Shown here: positions 11,811 to 25,823 of the stretch, piece by piece | How positions within the stretch are numbered: position 1 is the stretch's first letter | How the letters are laid out: each line of letters starts with the position of its first letter | Assembly (NCBI GenBank): GCA_950097015.1 | Contig: CATNEN010000039.1 | Location: 4,898,001 to 4,962,000, forward strand | DNA length: 64,000 bases | Direction of reading: 5' to 3' | Source of the DNA: Macrostomum hystrix | Lineage: Eukaryota; Animalia; Platyhelminthes | The notes under the pieces: model-generated | What the model saw: the letters and a program-made list of their open reading frames with translations, nothing else | Databases searched by the model: none | What the model was told of the DNA's origin: nothing | Translations under genes and position numbers: made by a program

Positions 11811-14800
11811 GTTCGTGTTTAATAGCCTGCGTTCGTGTTTAACAGCCTGCGTTCGTGTTTAATAGCCTGCGTTCGTGTTTAACAGCCTGCGTTCGTGTTT
11901 AATAGCCTGCGTTCGTGTTTAACAGCCTGCGTTCGTGTTTAATAGCCTGCGTTCGTGTTTAACAGCCTGCGTTCGTGTTTAATAGCCCCTGTTCGTGTTT
12001 AATAGCCTGCGTTCGTGTTTAATAGCCTGCGTTCGTGTTTAATAGCCTGCGTTCATGTTTAACAGCCTGCGTTCATGTTTAACAGCCTGCGTTCATGTTT
12101 AACAGCCTGCGTTCATGTTTAACAGCCTGCGTTCATGTTTAACAGCCTGTGTTGATGTTTAACAACCTGCGTTGTTGTTTAACAGCCTGCGTTCATGTTT
12201 AACAGCCTGCGTTCATGTTTAATAGCCTGCGTTGATGTTTAATAGCCTGCGTTGATGTTTAATAGCCTGCGTTCATGTTTAATAGCCTGCGTTCGTGTTT
12301 AATAGCCTGCGTTGATGTTTAATAGCCTGCGTTCATGTTTAATAGCCTGCGTTCGTGTTTAATAGCCTGCGTTCGTGTTTAATAGCCTGTGTTCGTGTTT
12401 AATAGCCTGCGTTGATGTTTAACAGCCTGTGTTCGTGTTTAATAGCCTGCGTTCGTGTTTAATAGCCTGTGTTCGTGTTTAATAGCCTGCGTTGATGTTT
12501 AACAGCCTGCGTTCATGTTTAATAGCCTGCGTTCGTGTTTAATAGCCTGCGTTCGTGTTTAACAGCCTGCGTTCATGTTTAATAGCCTGCGTTCATGTTT
12601 AACAGCCTGCGTTCATGTTTAACAGCCTGCGTTCATGTTTAACAGCCTGCGTTCATGTTTAACAGCCTGCGTTCATGTTTAACAGCCTGTGTTGATGTTT
12701 AACAACCTGCGTTGTTGTTTAACAGCCTGCGTTCATGTTTAACAGCCTGCGTTCATGTTTAATAGCCTGCGTTCATGTTTAACAGCCTGCGTTCATGTTT
12801 AACAGCCTGCGTTCATGTTTAATAGCCTGCGTTCATGTTTAACAGCCTGCGTTCATGTTTAATAGCCTGCGTTCATGTTTAACAGCCTGCGTTCATGTTT
12901 AACAGCCTGCGTTCATGTTTAATAGCCTGCGTTCATGTTTAATAGCCTGCGTTCGTGTTTAATAGCCTGCGTTGATGTTTAATAGCCTGCGTTCGTGTTT
13001 AATAGCCTGCGTTCGTGTTTAATAGCCTGCGTTCATGTTTAATAGCCTGCGTTCATGTTTAACAGCCTGCGTTCATGTTTAACAGCCTGCGTTCATGTTT
13101 AATAGCCTGCGTTCATGTTTAACAGCCTGCGTTCATGTTTAACAGCCTGCGTTCATGTTTAACAGCCTGCGTTCATGTTTAATAGCCTGCGTTCATGTTT
13201 AATAGCCTGCGTTCGTGTTTAATAGCCTGCGTTGATGTTTAATAGCCTGCGTTCGTGTTTAACAGCCTGCGTTCGTGTTTAATAGCCTGTGTTCGTGTTT
13301 AATAGCCTGCGTTGATGTTTAATAGCCTCCGTTCGTGTTTAATAGCCTGCGTTGATGTTTAACAGCCTGCGTTCATGTTTAACAGCCTGCGTTCATGTTT
13401 AATAGCCTGCGTTCATGTTTAATAGCCTGCGTTCGTGTTTAATAGCCTGCGTTCGTGTTTAATAGCCTGCGTTCGTGTTTAATAGCCTGTGTTCGTGTTT
13501 AATAGCCTGCGTTGATGTTTAATAGCCTGCGTTGATGTTTAATAGCCTGCGTTCGTGTTTAACAGCCTGCGTTCATGTTTAACAGCCTGCGTTCATGTTT
13601 AACAGCCTGCGTTGATGTTTAACAGCCTGCGTTCGTGTTTAACAGCCTGCGTTCATGTTTAATAGCCTGTGTTCGTGTTTAATAGCCTGCGTTGATGTTT
13701 AATAGCCTGCGTTCGTGTTTAATAGCCTGCGTTCGTGTTTAATAGCCTGTGTTCGTGTTTAATAGCCTGCGTTGATGTTTAACAGCCTGCGTTCGTGTTT
13801 AACAGCCTGCGTTCGTGTTTAACAGCCTCCGTTCGTGTTTAATAGCCTGCGTTGATGTTTAACAGCCTGCGTTCATGTTTAACAGCCTGCGTTCATGTTT
13901 AATAGCCTGCGTTCATGTTTAATAGCCTGCGTTCGTGTTTAATAGCCTGCGTTCGTGTTTAATAGCCTGCGTTCGTGTTTAATAGCCTGTGTTCGTGTTT
14001 AATAGCCTGCGTTGATGTTTAATAGCCTGCGTTGATGTTTAATAGCCTGCGTTCGTGTTTAACAGCCTGCGTTCATGTTTAACAGCCTGCGTTCATGTTT
14101 AACAGCCTGCGTTGATGTTTAACAGCCTGCGTTCGTGTTTAACAGCCTGCGTTCATGTTTAATAGCCTGTGTTCGTGTTTAATAGCCTGCGTTGATGTTT
14201 AATAGCCTGCGTTCGTGTTTAATAGCCTGCGTTCGTGTTTAATAGCCTGTGTTCGTGTTTAATAGCCTGCGTTGATGTTTAACAGCCTGCGTTCATGTTT
14301 AATAGCCTGCGTTGATGTTTAATAGCCTGCGTTGATGTTTAATAGCCTGCGTTCATGTTTAATAGCCTGTGTTCGTGTTTAATAGCCTGCGTTCGTGTTT
14401 AATAGCCTGCGTTCATGTTTAATAGCCTGCGTTCGTGTTTAATAGCCTGCGTTCGTGTTTAATAGCCTGTGTTCGTGTTTAATAGCCTGCGTTGATGTTT
14501 AACAGCCTGTGTTCGTGTTTAATAGCCTGTGTTCGTGTTTAATAGCCTGCGTTGATGTTTAACAGCCTGCGTTCATGTTTAACAGCCTGCGTTCATGTTT
14601 AACAGCCTGCGTTCATGTTTAACAGCCTGTGTTGATGTTTAACAACCTGCGTTGTTGTTTAACAGCCTGCGTTCATGTTTAACAGCCTGCGTTCATGTTT
14701 AATAGCCTGCGTTGATGTTTAATAGCCTGCGTTGATGTTTAATAGCCTGCGTTCATGTTTAATAGCCTGCGTTCGTGTTTAATAGCCTGCGTTGATGTTT

Positions 14801-17800
14801 AATAGCCTGCGTTCATGTTTAATAGCCTGCGTTCGTGTTTAATAGCCTGCGTTCGTGTTTAATAGCCTGTGTTCGTGTTTAATAGCCTGCGTTGATGTTT
14901 AACAGCCTGTGTTCGTGTTTAATAGCCTGCGTTCGTGTTTAATAGCCTGTGTTCGTGTTTAATAGCCTGCGTTGATGTTTAACAGCCTGCGTTCATGTTT
15001 AATAGCCTGCGTTCGTGTTTAATAGCCTGCGTTCGTGTTTAACAGCCTGCGTTCATGTTTAATAGCCTGCGTTCATGTTTAACAGCCTGCGTTCATGTTT
15101 AACAGCCTGCGTTCATGTTTAACAGCCTGCGTTCATGTTTAACAGCCTGCGTTCATGTTTAACAGCCTGTGTTGATGTTTAACAACCTGCGTTGTTGTTT
15201 AACAGCCTGCGTTCATGTTTAACAGCCTGCGTTCATGTTTAATAGCCTGCGTTCATGTTTAACAGCCTGCGTTCATGTTTAACAGCCTGCGTTCATGTTT
15301 AATAGCCTGCGTTCATGTTTAACAGCCTGCGTTCATGTTTAATAGCCTGCGTTCATGTTTAACAGCCTGCGTTCATGTTTAACAGCCTGCGTTCATGTTT
15401 AATAGCCTGCGTTCATGTTTAATAGCCTGCGTTCGTGTTTAATAGCCTGCGTTGATGTTTAATAGCCTGCGTTCGTGTTTAATAGCCTGCGTTCGTGTTT
15501 AATAGCCTGCGTTCATGTTTAATAGCCTGCGTTCATGTTTAACAGCCTGCGTTCATGTTTAACAGCCTGCGTTCATGTTTAATAGCCTGCGTTCATGTTT
15601 AACAGCCTGCGTTCATGTTTAACAGCCTGCGTTCATGTTTAACAGCCTGCGTTCATGTTTAATAGCCTGCGTTCATGTTTAATAGCCTGCGTTCGTGTTT
15701 AATAGCCTGCGTTGATGTTTAATAGCCTGCGTTCGTGTTTAACAGCCTGCGTTCGTGTTTAATAGCCTGTGTTCGTGTTTAATAGCCTGCGTTGATGTTT
15801 AATAGCCTCCGTTCGTGTTTAATAGCCTGCGTTGATGTTTAACAGCCTGCGTTCATGTTTAACAGCCTGCGTTCATGTTTAATAGCCTGCGTTCATGTTT
15901 AATAGCCTGCGTTCGTGTTTAATAGCCTGCGTTCGTGTTTAATAGCCTGCGTTCGTGTTTAATAGCCTGTGTTCGTGTTTAATAGCCTGCGTTGATGTTT
16001 AATAGCCTGCGTTGATGTTTAATAGCCTGCGTTCGTGTTTAACAGCCTGCGTTCATGTTTAACAGCCTGCGTTCATGTTTAACAGCCTGCGTTGATGTTT
16101 AACAGCCTGCGTTCGTGTTTAACAGCCTGCGTTCATGTTTAATAGCCTGTGTTCGTGTTTAATAGCCTGCGTTGATGTTTAATAGCCTGCGTTCGTGTTT
16201 AATAGCCTGCGTTCGTGTTTAATAGCCTGTGTTCGTGTTTAATAGCCTGCGTTGATGTTTAACAGCCTGCGTTCGTGTTTAACAGCCTGCGTTCGTGTTT
16301 AACAGCCTCCGTTCGTGTTTAATAGCCTGCGTTGATGTTTAACAGCCTGCGTTCATGTTTAACAGCCTGCGTTCATGTTTAATAGCCTGCGTTCATGTTT
16401 AATAGCCTGCGTTCGTGTTTAATAGCCTGCGTTCGTGTTTAATAGCCTGCGTTCGTGTTTAATAGCCTGTGTTCGTGTTTAATAGCCTGCGTTGATGTTT
16501 AATAGCCTGCGTTGATGTTTAATAGCCTGCGTTCGTGTTTAACAGCCTGCGTTCATGTTTAACAGCCTGCGTTCATGTTTAACAGCCTGCGTTGATGTTT
16601 AACAGCCTGCGTTCGTGTTTAACAGCCTGCGTTCATGTTTAATAGCCTGTGTTCGTGTTTAATAGCCTGCGTTGATGTTTAACAGCCTGCGTTCATGTTT
16701 AATAGCCTGCGTTCATGTTTAATAGCCTGCGTTGATGTTTAATAGCCTGCGTTGATGTTTAATAGCCTGCGTTCATGTTTAATAGCCTGTGTTCGTGTTT
16801 AATAGCCTGCGTTGATGTTTAATAGCCTGCGTTCATGTTTAATAGCCTGCGTTCGTGTTTAATAGCCTGCGTTCGTGTTTAACAGCCTGCGTTGATGTTT
16901 AACAGCCTGCGTTGATGTTTAACAGCCTGCGTTGATGTTTAATAGCCTGCGTTCGTGTTTAATAGCCTGTGTTCGTGTTTAATAGCCTGCGTTGATGTTT
17001 AACAGCCTGCGTTCATGTTTAACAGCCTGCGTTCATGTTTAACAGCCTGCGTTCATGTTTAATAGCCTGCGTTCATGTTTAATAGCCTGCGTTGATGTTT
17101 AATAGCCTGCGTTCATGTTTAACAGCCTGCGTTCATGTTTAATAGCCTGCGTTGATGTTTAATAGCCTGCGTTGATGTTTAATAGCCTGCGTTGATGTTT
17201 AATAGCCTGCGTTCGTGTTTAACAGCCTGCGTTCATGTTTAATAGCCTGCGTTGATGTTTAATAGCCTGCGTTCATGTTTAATAGCCTGCGTTGATTTTT
17301 AATAGCCTGCGTTCGTGTTTAACAGCCTGCGTTCATGTTTAACAGCTTGCATTCATGTTTAATAGCCTGCGTTCATGTTTAATAGCCTGCGTTGATGTTT
17401 AATAGCCTGCGTTCGTGTTTAATAGCCTGCGTTCGTGTTTAATAGCCTGTGTTCGTGTTTAATAGCCTGCGTTGATGTTTAATAGCCTGCGTTGATGTTT
17501 AATAGCCTGCGTTCGTGTTTAACAGCCTGCGTTCATGTTTAACAGCCTGCGTTCATGTTTAACAGCCTGCGTTGATGTTTAACAGCCTGCGTTCGTGTTT
17601 AACAGCCTGCGTTCATGTTTAATAGCCTGTGTTCGTGTTTAATAGCCTGCGTTGATGTTTAATAGCCTGCGTTCGTGTTTAATAGCCTGCGTTCGTGTTT
17701 AATAGCCTGTGTTCGTGTTTAATAGCCTGCGTTCGTGTTTAATAGCCTGCGTTCGTGTTTAATAGCCTGTGTTCGTGTTTAATAGCCTGCGTTGATGTTT

Positions 17801-18976
17801 AACAGCCTGCGTTCATGTTTAATAGCCTGCGTTCATGTTTAATAGCCTGCGTTGATGTTTAATAGCCTGCGTTGATGTTTAATAGCCTGCGTTCATGTTT
17901 AATAGCCTGTGTTCGTGTTTAATAGCCTGCGTTGATGTTTAATAGCCTGCGTTCATGTTTAATAGCCTGCGTTCGTGTTTAATAGCCTGCGTTCGTGTTT
18001 AACAGCCTGCGTTGATGTTTAACAGCCTGCGTTGATGTTTAACAGCCTGCGTTGATGTTTAATAGCCTGCGTTCGTGTTTAATAGCCTGTGTTCGTGTTT
18101 AATAGCCTGCGTTGATGTTTAACAGCCTGCGTTCATGTTTAACAGCCTGCGTTCATGTTTAACAGCCTGCGTTCATGTTTAATAGCCTGCGTTCATGTTT
18201 AATAGCCTGCGTTGATGTTTAATAGCCTGCGTTCATGTTTAACAGCCTGCGTTCATGTTTAATAGCCTGCGTTGATGTTTAATAGCCTGCGTTGATGTTT
18301 AATAGCCTGCGTTGATGTTTAATAGCCTGCGTTCGTGTTTAACAGCCTGCGTTCATGTTTAATAGCCTGCGTTGATGTTTAATAGCCTGCGTTCATGTTT
18401 AATAGCCTGCGTTGATTTTTAATAGCCTGCGTTCGTGTTTAACAGCCTGCGTTCATGTTTAACAGCTTGCATTCATGTTTAATAGCCTGCGTTCATGTTT
18501 AATAGCCTGCGTTGATGTTTAATAGCCTGCGTTGATGTTTAATAGCCTGCGTTCATGTTTAATAGCCTGTGTTCGTGTTTAATAGCCTGCGTTGATGTTT
18601 AGTAGCCTGCGTTGATGTTTAATAGCCTGCGTTCATGTTTAACAGCCTGCGTTCATGTTTAATAGCCTGCGTTGATGTTTAATAGCCTGCGTTCGTGTTT
18701 AACAGCCTGCGTTCGTGTTTAATAGCCTGTGTTCGTGTTTAATAGCCTGCGTTGATGTTTAATAGCCTGCGTTCGTGTTTAAAAGCCTGCGTTGATGTTT
18801 AACAGCCTGCGTTCATGTTTAACAGCCTGTGTTCATGTTTAACAGCCTGCGTTCATGTTTAACAGCCTGCGTTCATGTTTAACAGCCTGCGTTCATGTTG
18901 AATAGCCTGCGTTCATGTTTAATAGCCTGCGTTCATGTTTAATAGCCTGCGTTCATGTTTAATAGCCTGGGTTCAT
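11811..18976 (+). repeat. 20-bp satellite (gttcRtgtttaaYagcctgc), about 358 copies, with higher-order block duplications
   Basis: Perfect 20-bp phase over 7.1 kb; variation is confined to a few positions. Confidence 0.98.
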
Positions 18977-18986
18977 ATATTATACA

Positions 18987-19343
18987 GTTCATATCTAACA
19001 ATTCATGTCTAACAATTCATGTCTAACAGTTCATGTCTAACAGTTCATGTCTAACAGTTCATGTCTAACAGTTCATGTCTAACAGTTCATGTCTAACAGT
19101 TCATGTCTAACAGTTCATGTCTAACAGTTCATGTCTAACAGTTCATGTCTAACAGTTCATGTCTAACAGTTCATGTCTAACAGTTCATGTCTAACAGTTC
19201 ATGTCTAACAGTTCATGTCTAACAGTTCATGTCTAACAGTTCATGTCTAACAGTTCATGTCTAACAGTTCATGTCTAACAGTTCATGTCTAACAGTTCAT
19301 GTCTAACAGTTCATGTCTAACAGTTCATGTCTAACAGTTCATG
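18987..19343 (+). repeat. 14-bp minisatellite (gttcatgtctaaca)
   Basis: About 25 copies abutting the 20-bp satellite. Confidence 0.95.
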
Positions 19344-20149
19344 ACTGGCAGGTTTTGTCTAGCAACCTGAAGCGGCAGAACAGTTACTATTATGGTTTAT
19401 GTTTATTAGTTTGATAAGAATCGACTGCGCTCGTAAATATCAACGTGTGTGGCCTCAGGTGAATATAAGGTCAGTAAAATGAGGATTTTATTTTCAAACG
19501 CCAGCCATCCCATAAAACTTGGGCTTGAGCTTAGAATTCTATGGCAGGATCTGAAAGTGGGACCAGGTTTGCGAGTAGATTGCAAGGCTTTTGTGCACAT
19601 TAAAAATCAAAAGAAAAACTTTGCAAATGAAATGAAAATATTTTTCTTCGGGGCCTTCCAAGCAATAAAACAGTTTGTATCGAAGCCGCTAGCCTGAAAT
19701 GTTTCATTCTAAAACTCCTGCGGAGTGTTTGAAAACTGGAGCAGTGCCTGGTGCTTTGCAATTTTTCTTAATTTTATAACTAAAAAGGCAGCAAAGCAGT
19801 AGAAAGCAATGCGAATCATTGCCGAAATTCTCTGGCTTTGGCTTGGAAGTGGGACAACTAGAGTTCTGGTTGTGCCCGGCATTATTTTTCAATTAGATCA
19901 GCTTTCATTTCGGGACACTCGCGGGCCTTATATAACTCTGGACCCTGTCGACCGCCGTCACCTTCAAAAGACCAAAGCAGATTCACCTTTGTGAGCGTCT
20001 AGACCAGTGTAGAAATTTTTAGAAAAAACTTAGCGGTAACACAATAAAGGCGGCTTTCTCAGCTTTCACAGTCCAGACGCTGAAATTTATGACCTGCTAA
20101 TTAAGGCTTTATGAACTACCGACACCTGAATGGAGGACAGCCCGTTTGG

Positions 20150-20650
20150 GGGATATTGGGAGAGATTGGGAGATATTGGGAGAGATTGGGAGAGATTGGG
20201 AGAGATTGGGAGAGATTGGGAGAGATTGGGAGAGATTGGGAGAGATTGGGAGAGATTGGGAGAGATTGGGAGAGATTGGGAGAGATTGGGAGAGATTGGG
20301 AGAGATTGGGAGATATTGGGAGAGATATTGGGTGAGATTGAAAGATATTAGGAGATATTGGGAGTAATTAGGAGAGATTGAGAGAGATTGGGAGATATTG
20401 GGAGAGATTAGGTGAGATTGGGAGATATTGGGAGAGATTGGGTGAGATTGGGAGAGATTGGGAGAGATTGGTAGAGATATTGGGTGAGATTGGGAGAGAT
20501 TGGGAGAGATTGGTAGAGATATTGGGTGAGATTGGGAGAGATTGGGAGAGATATTGGGTGAGATTGAAAGATATTAGGAGAGATTGGGAGTAATTAGGAG
20601 AGATTGAGAGAGATTGGGAGAGAATAGGAGAGATTGGGAGAGATTAGGAA
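20150..20650 (+). repeat. 10-bp repeat (gggagagatt)n
   Basis: Direct tandem copies. Confidence 0.93.
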
Positions 20651-21458
20651 ATAGATTAGAATTTGAGGAGCAGAAACGCGAAGGAAATATTAAAAGCTAT
20701 CTTAGAACTGTAACAGGAAGAGTTTAATGCTTAATTGCTTAATTCTTCCGCAAAAACCTGAAAATTTTCGTACCGAAAATGAACCAAGGTTTAAAAAATT
20801 TCTGTCTTACATTTTTCTGTCTAGGAATGTTCTGCTTGTTGCGGGGGGGGGTAGGAGGTGCATAATTGTCGGGGGAAGCGTGTCCCACAGAACGAATTTT
20901 TAGTGCGTGAATCACTGCCAGACACACATGGGGTGGGGTTGGCGGGGTTTTAGGGGCCAGACGGCCTCCGATGAACTGGCAATGCGGCATTTTTAAAAGA
21001 AGAACTCCGCTTTTTTCTACTGCTTAGTTTGTTTGCTTAAGCTCTTTGACTGACAGTCAGTTGAGTACTCACTGTCTAACGGTCCATTCGTGTTCTCACT
21101 GTCTAACACTCAATTCGTGTTCTCACTGTCTAACAGTCAGTTGAGTTCTAATTGTCTAACAGTGTCTAACAGTCATCGCAGAATTTTCTTGAAGCACCTC
21201 AGACGCTGCACATTTTACTGTCTATGGGCCCAGTCTGTCGGGTTGTCGTTTCTCTGCTTAGGTGCAAATATAGAAGCTAAAGTGAGCATTCCTAGCTCGA
21301 GTGTTTTAGAATGTGCTCATTGGCAGTGCCTCTCATCTGTGAGCAGTCCTGTTAAGCAAACTGCTTTGCTGCTGTACTGCAATTTCACATAGAGAGTAAA
21401 TAGAACAAAACACGTCTACTGGAATTTCCTAACTTACCTTTGCCTTTGTTCTACACTT

Positions 21459-22155
21459 TAAGGACAGTAAAACTGTTAGACAGAGGTATGCAACTGTTCT
21501 AAGGACAGTAAAACTGTTAGACAGAGGTATGCAACTGTTCTAAGGACAGTAAAACTGTTAGACAGAGGTATGCAACTGTTCTATGGACAATAAAACTGTT
21601 AGACAGAGGTATGCAACTGTTCTATGGACAGTAAAACTGTTAGACAGAGGTATGCAACTGTTCTAAGGACAGTAAAACTGTTAGACAGAGGTATGCAACT
21701 GTTCTAAGGACAGTAAAACTGTTAGACAGAGGTATGCAACTGTTCTATGGACAGTAAAACTGTTAGACAGAGGTATGCAACTGTTCTAAGGACAGTAAAA
21801 CTGTTAGACAGAGGTGTGCAGCTGTTCTAAGGACAGTAAAACTGTTAGACAGAGGCATGCAACTGTTCTATGGACAGTAAAACTGTTAGACAGAGGTATG
21901 CAACTGTTCTATGGACAGTAAAACTGTTAGACAGAGGTATGCAACTGTTCTAAGGACAGTAAAACTGTTAGACAGAGGTGTGCAGCTGTTCTAAGGACAG
22001 TAAAACTGTTAGACAGAGGCATGCAACTGTTCTATGGACAGTAAAACTGTTAGACAGAGGTATGCAACTGTTCTAAGGACAGTAAAACTGTTAGACAGAG
22101 GTGTGCAACTGTTCTAAGGACAGTAAAACTGTTAGACAGAGGTGTGCAGCTGTTA
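21459..22155 (+). repeat. 41-bp minisatellite (taaggacagtaaaactgttagacagaggtatgcaactgttc), about 17 copies
   Basis: Direct tandem copies with an internal acagt-aaa-actgt inverted repeat. Confidence 0.95.
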
Positions 22156-22787
22156 GAATCATCCTCAAACCAAAGTTGTGCAAATGTTGCAACGATATAT
22201 TTAGAAAATTATACAGAGGTGCCAAACTGACAGTTAGACTGTTAAGAAAATATTTCTAAGAAAAGTGCACGGTGTCTGCAATTGCCGCAGTAAACAGAAC
22301 AGGTGAGAAGGCCTATTTAGTTTATTTGGCACTTGACATTGCAAAGGTTTTGTCTTGTGCACTGCAACATTTTTCTGAGCTCTCTCATTTTCTGCTAGAG
22401 TAGACTATAGTTGAGCACAGCTGCCCATCCGATATTGGAATCAACTTCAGCCTTTCGCATGGCGTAAATTTAGTCGTTTTAATAGTTGCTTAATATTACT
22501 GGGTGTCCTTATCTGGCGAGCTCAACTGTTTGTGTGCTCAACTCGAAAAAATACTTGCACAAATTCATTAACAGCGGCACCTGGAGATCCAGGTAAAAAG
22601 CAGTTTAAAAAACATTTCAACTCTGTTTTCTTTCGTTGCCCTTTAGCGCTGAGGTTTTCTGTGATAAGCTGCAATACTGAAATCGCTTGTTGACAGCAGA
22701 CAGTTGGCTTGCTTTTGCCTGCTAAGTTAGCTAAATTTTAGTTTAATTTGGCGGCAAAATAGCCATGTACATATGCAGAGCTTTGTC

Positions 22788-23698
22788 TTCATGGGTGCTC
22801 AGTCACCTTCATGGGTGCTCAGTCACCATCATGGGTGCTCAGTCACCTTCATGGGTGCTCAGTCACCTTCCCTGGGTGCTCAGTCACCTTCCCTGGGTGC
22901 TCAGTCACATTCGTGGGTGCTCAGTCACCTTCGTGGGTGCTCAGTCACCTTCCCTGGGTGCTCAGTCACCTTCATGGGTGCTCAGTCACCATCATGGGTG
23001 CTCAGTCACCTTCATGGGTGCTCAGTCACATTCGTGGGTGCTCAGTCACCTTCGTGGGTGCTCAGTCACCTTCCCTGGGTGCTCAGTCACCTTCATGGGT
23101 GCTCAGTCACCATCATGGGTGCTCAGTCACCTTCCCTGGGTGCTCAGTCACATTCGTGGGTGCTCAGTCACCTTCATGGGTGCTCAGTCACCTTCCCTGG
23201 GTGCTCAGTCACCTTCATGGGTGCTCAGTCACCATCATGGGTGCTCAGTCACCTTCCCTGGGTGCTCAGTCACCTTCATGGGTGCTCAGTCACCTTCATG
23301 GGTGCTCAGTCACCTTCATGGGTGCTCAGTCACCTTCATGGGTGCTCAGTCACCTTCATGGGTGCTCAGTCACCTTCATGGGTGCTCAGTCACCTTCATG
23401 GGTGCTCAGTCACCTTCATGGGTGCTCAGTCACCTTCATGGGTGCTCAGTCACCTTCATGGGTGCTCAGTCACCTTCATGGGTGCTCAGTCACCTTCATG
23501 GGTGCTCAGTCACCTTCATGGGTGCTCAGTCACCTTCATGGGTGCTCAGTCACCTTCATGGGTGCTCAGTCACCTTCATGGGTGCTCAGTCACCTTCATG
23601 GGTGCTCAGTCACCTTGATGGGTGCTCAGTCACCTTCATGGGTGCTCAGTCACCTTCGTGGGTGCTCAGTCACCTTCATGGGTGCTCAGTCACCTTCA
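22788..23698 (+). repeat. 20/21-bp minisatellite (catgggtgctcagtcacctt), about 45 copies
   Basis: Direct tandem copies. Confidence 0.96.
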
Positions 23699-24315
23699 TT
23701 GTTGCTGAAACATTTACAGAGATGAACTGTAGCCCTCGGTTAATTTCATCGCATGTGAATCATCGGTTCTAAATAAAAGATATCTAAAATGCAAACAGTG
23801 TAGTGCCTGGCATTGCAGAGAAGCCCTTCTATTACCCAGTAGGGTTCGCACAAGTTTGCTAGTAGATCAAATCACAGCGCTGAATCAAACTGAGCGGGGC
23901 CTGCGGTGCAGGAGGGGTCCATTGGGTGCAGGCGGTTCAATTGCGCTGTGTTTACAAGTTCAGTCAAATTTTGCAGCCGCTCACACTGTGCGTGATCTTT
24001 CACTCTGCCCCCCTCCTTCGCTCTGTGAATTTTTTTTCTACTGATGTTGCAAAGAACCGCCCACTATGTGCTGTGGCGCAGCCGAATTTCAGTTGCACCC
24101 GGAGACCGTTGCTAGGGGCACTGGCGTAACGTAAGTCAGCTGAGTCCGCAGCCTGCTGATAAGCCTCGGTTGCAGCTGCCTGCTGGTCACGTGAATTCCT
24201 GCTTTAACGAGCTGACATTCACGCTGAAAAGTCAAAGCACTGCGAAAACTGTGTGCCTCACTCCATGCTGCACTCCAGCTCACTATCATTCACCCTGCAT
24301 CACTGCACAACTTCT

Positions 24316-25222
24316 CTCACACTCCCTGCTGTCCCTCTATCACACTCCCTACTGTCCCTCTATCACACTCCCTGCTGTCCCTCTATCCCACTCCATACTC
24401 TCCCTCTATCACACTCCCTACTGTCCCTCTATCACACTCCCTACTGTCCCTCTATCACACTCCCTACTGTCCCTCTATCACACTCCCTACTGTCCCTCTA
24501 TCACACTCCCTACTGTCCCTCTATCACACTCCCTACTGTCCCTCTATCACACTCCCTACTGTCCCTCTATCACACTCCCTACTGTCCCTCTATCACACTC
24601 CCTGCTGTCCCTCTATCACACTCCCTACTCTCCCTCTATCACACTCCCTGCTGTCCCTCTATCACACTCCCTACTCTCCCTCTATCACACTCCCTGCTGT
24701 CCCTCTATCACACTCCCTGCTGTCCCTCTATCACACTCCATACTCTCCCTCTATCACACTCCCTACTCTCCCTCTATCACACTCCCTACTCTCCCTCTAT
24801 CACACTCCCTACTCTCCCTCTATCACACTCCCTACTCTCCCTCTATCACACTCCCTGCTGTCCCTCTATCACACTCCCTACTCTCCCTCTATCACACTCC
24901 CTACTCTCCCTCTATCACACTCCCTGCTGTCCCTCTATCACACTCCCTACTCTCCCTCTATCACACTCCCTGCTGTCCCTCTATCACACTCCATACTCTC
25001 CCTCTATCACACTCCATACTCTCCCTCTATCACACTCCCTACTGTCCCTCTATCACACTCCCTACTGTCCCTCTATCACACTCCCTGCTGTCCCTCTATC
25101 ACACTCTTTGCTCTCCCTCTATCACACTCCCTGCTCTCCCTCAATCACAGTCCCTGCTCTCCCTCAATCACAGTCCCTGCTCTCCCTCAATCACAGTCCC
25201 TGCTCTCCCTCAATCACAGTCT
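24316..25222 (+). repeat. 23-bp minisatellite (ctatcacactccctactgtccct)
   Basis: About 39 tandem copies. Confidence 0.95.
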
Positions 25223-25823
25223 TTATTCTCCCCCACGCTCTTGAATGTCCTTCGTTTATCCGCCTAGAAAAAAAATTCACTCCTAACTAAAATTCAGCGA
25301 TAAAAAGCAAGTCAGAGTGGCTATAACTAGAATTTAAAGAAAAAAATGCTAGTAAAATTGCTGCAAAGCGGTTATACATTTTCACAGTAAACAACAAGTT
25401 ATAATCAGACAGTAAGCTAAAGCGGTGGTCCGATCCCTTATCTAACACCTGCATATATGGATGTCACCAAAATTTGTTGCAATGTGTTGGCCAGCCCGCA
25501 AACATGAACATTTTCGCAGCTGATTAATAATTACACATGACTAATTATTGTTTAGCACCTTTGCTGACCCGAGAGCATTGATGGAAAATTCTGGAAACTC
25601 ACTGAGACCAGCTGAGACAAAATTGTAGCAAAATTTAAACTGCTATTTTATCTGGAAATTTGTGTAATTGTGAGAAAAATGCGAAAACTTGACTGCCTGA
25701 ACTTGCCGATTTTTTTCAGCAGCGAGTTCTTAGCGGGGTTACTGGGTTCAACCCTGATAGCCACATTCAGTGTGAGTCATTTAACAAGTGCGCGCACACT
25801 TTTCTTAGAATTCGACTGTGCTC

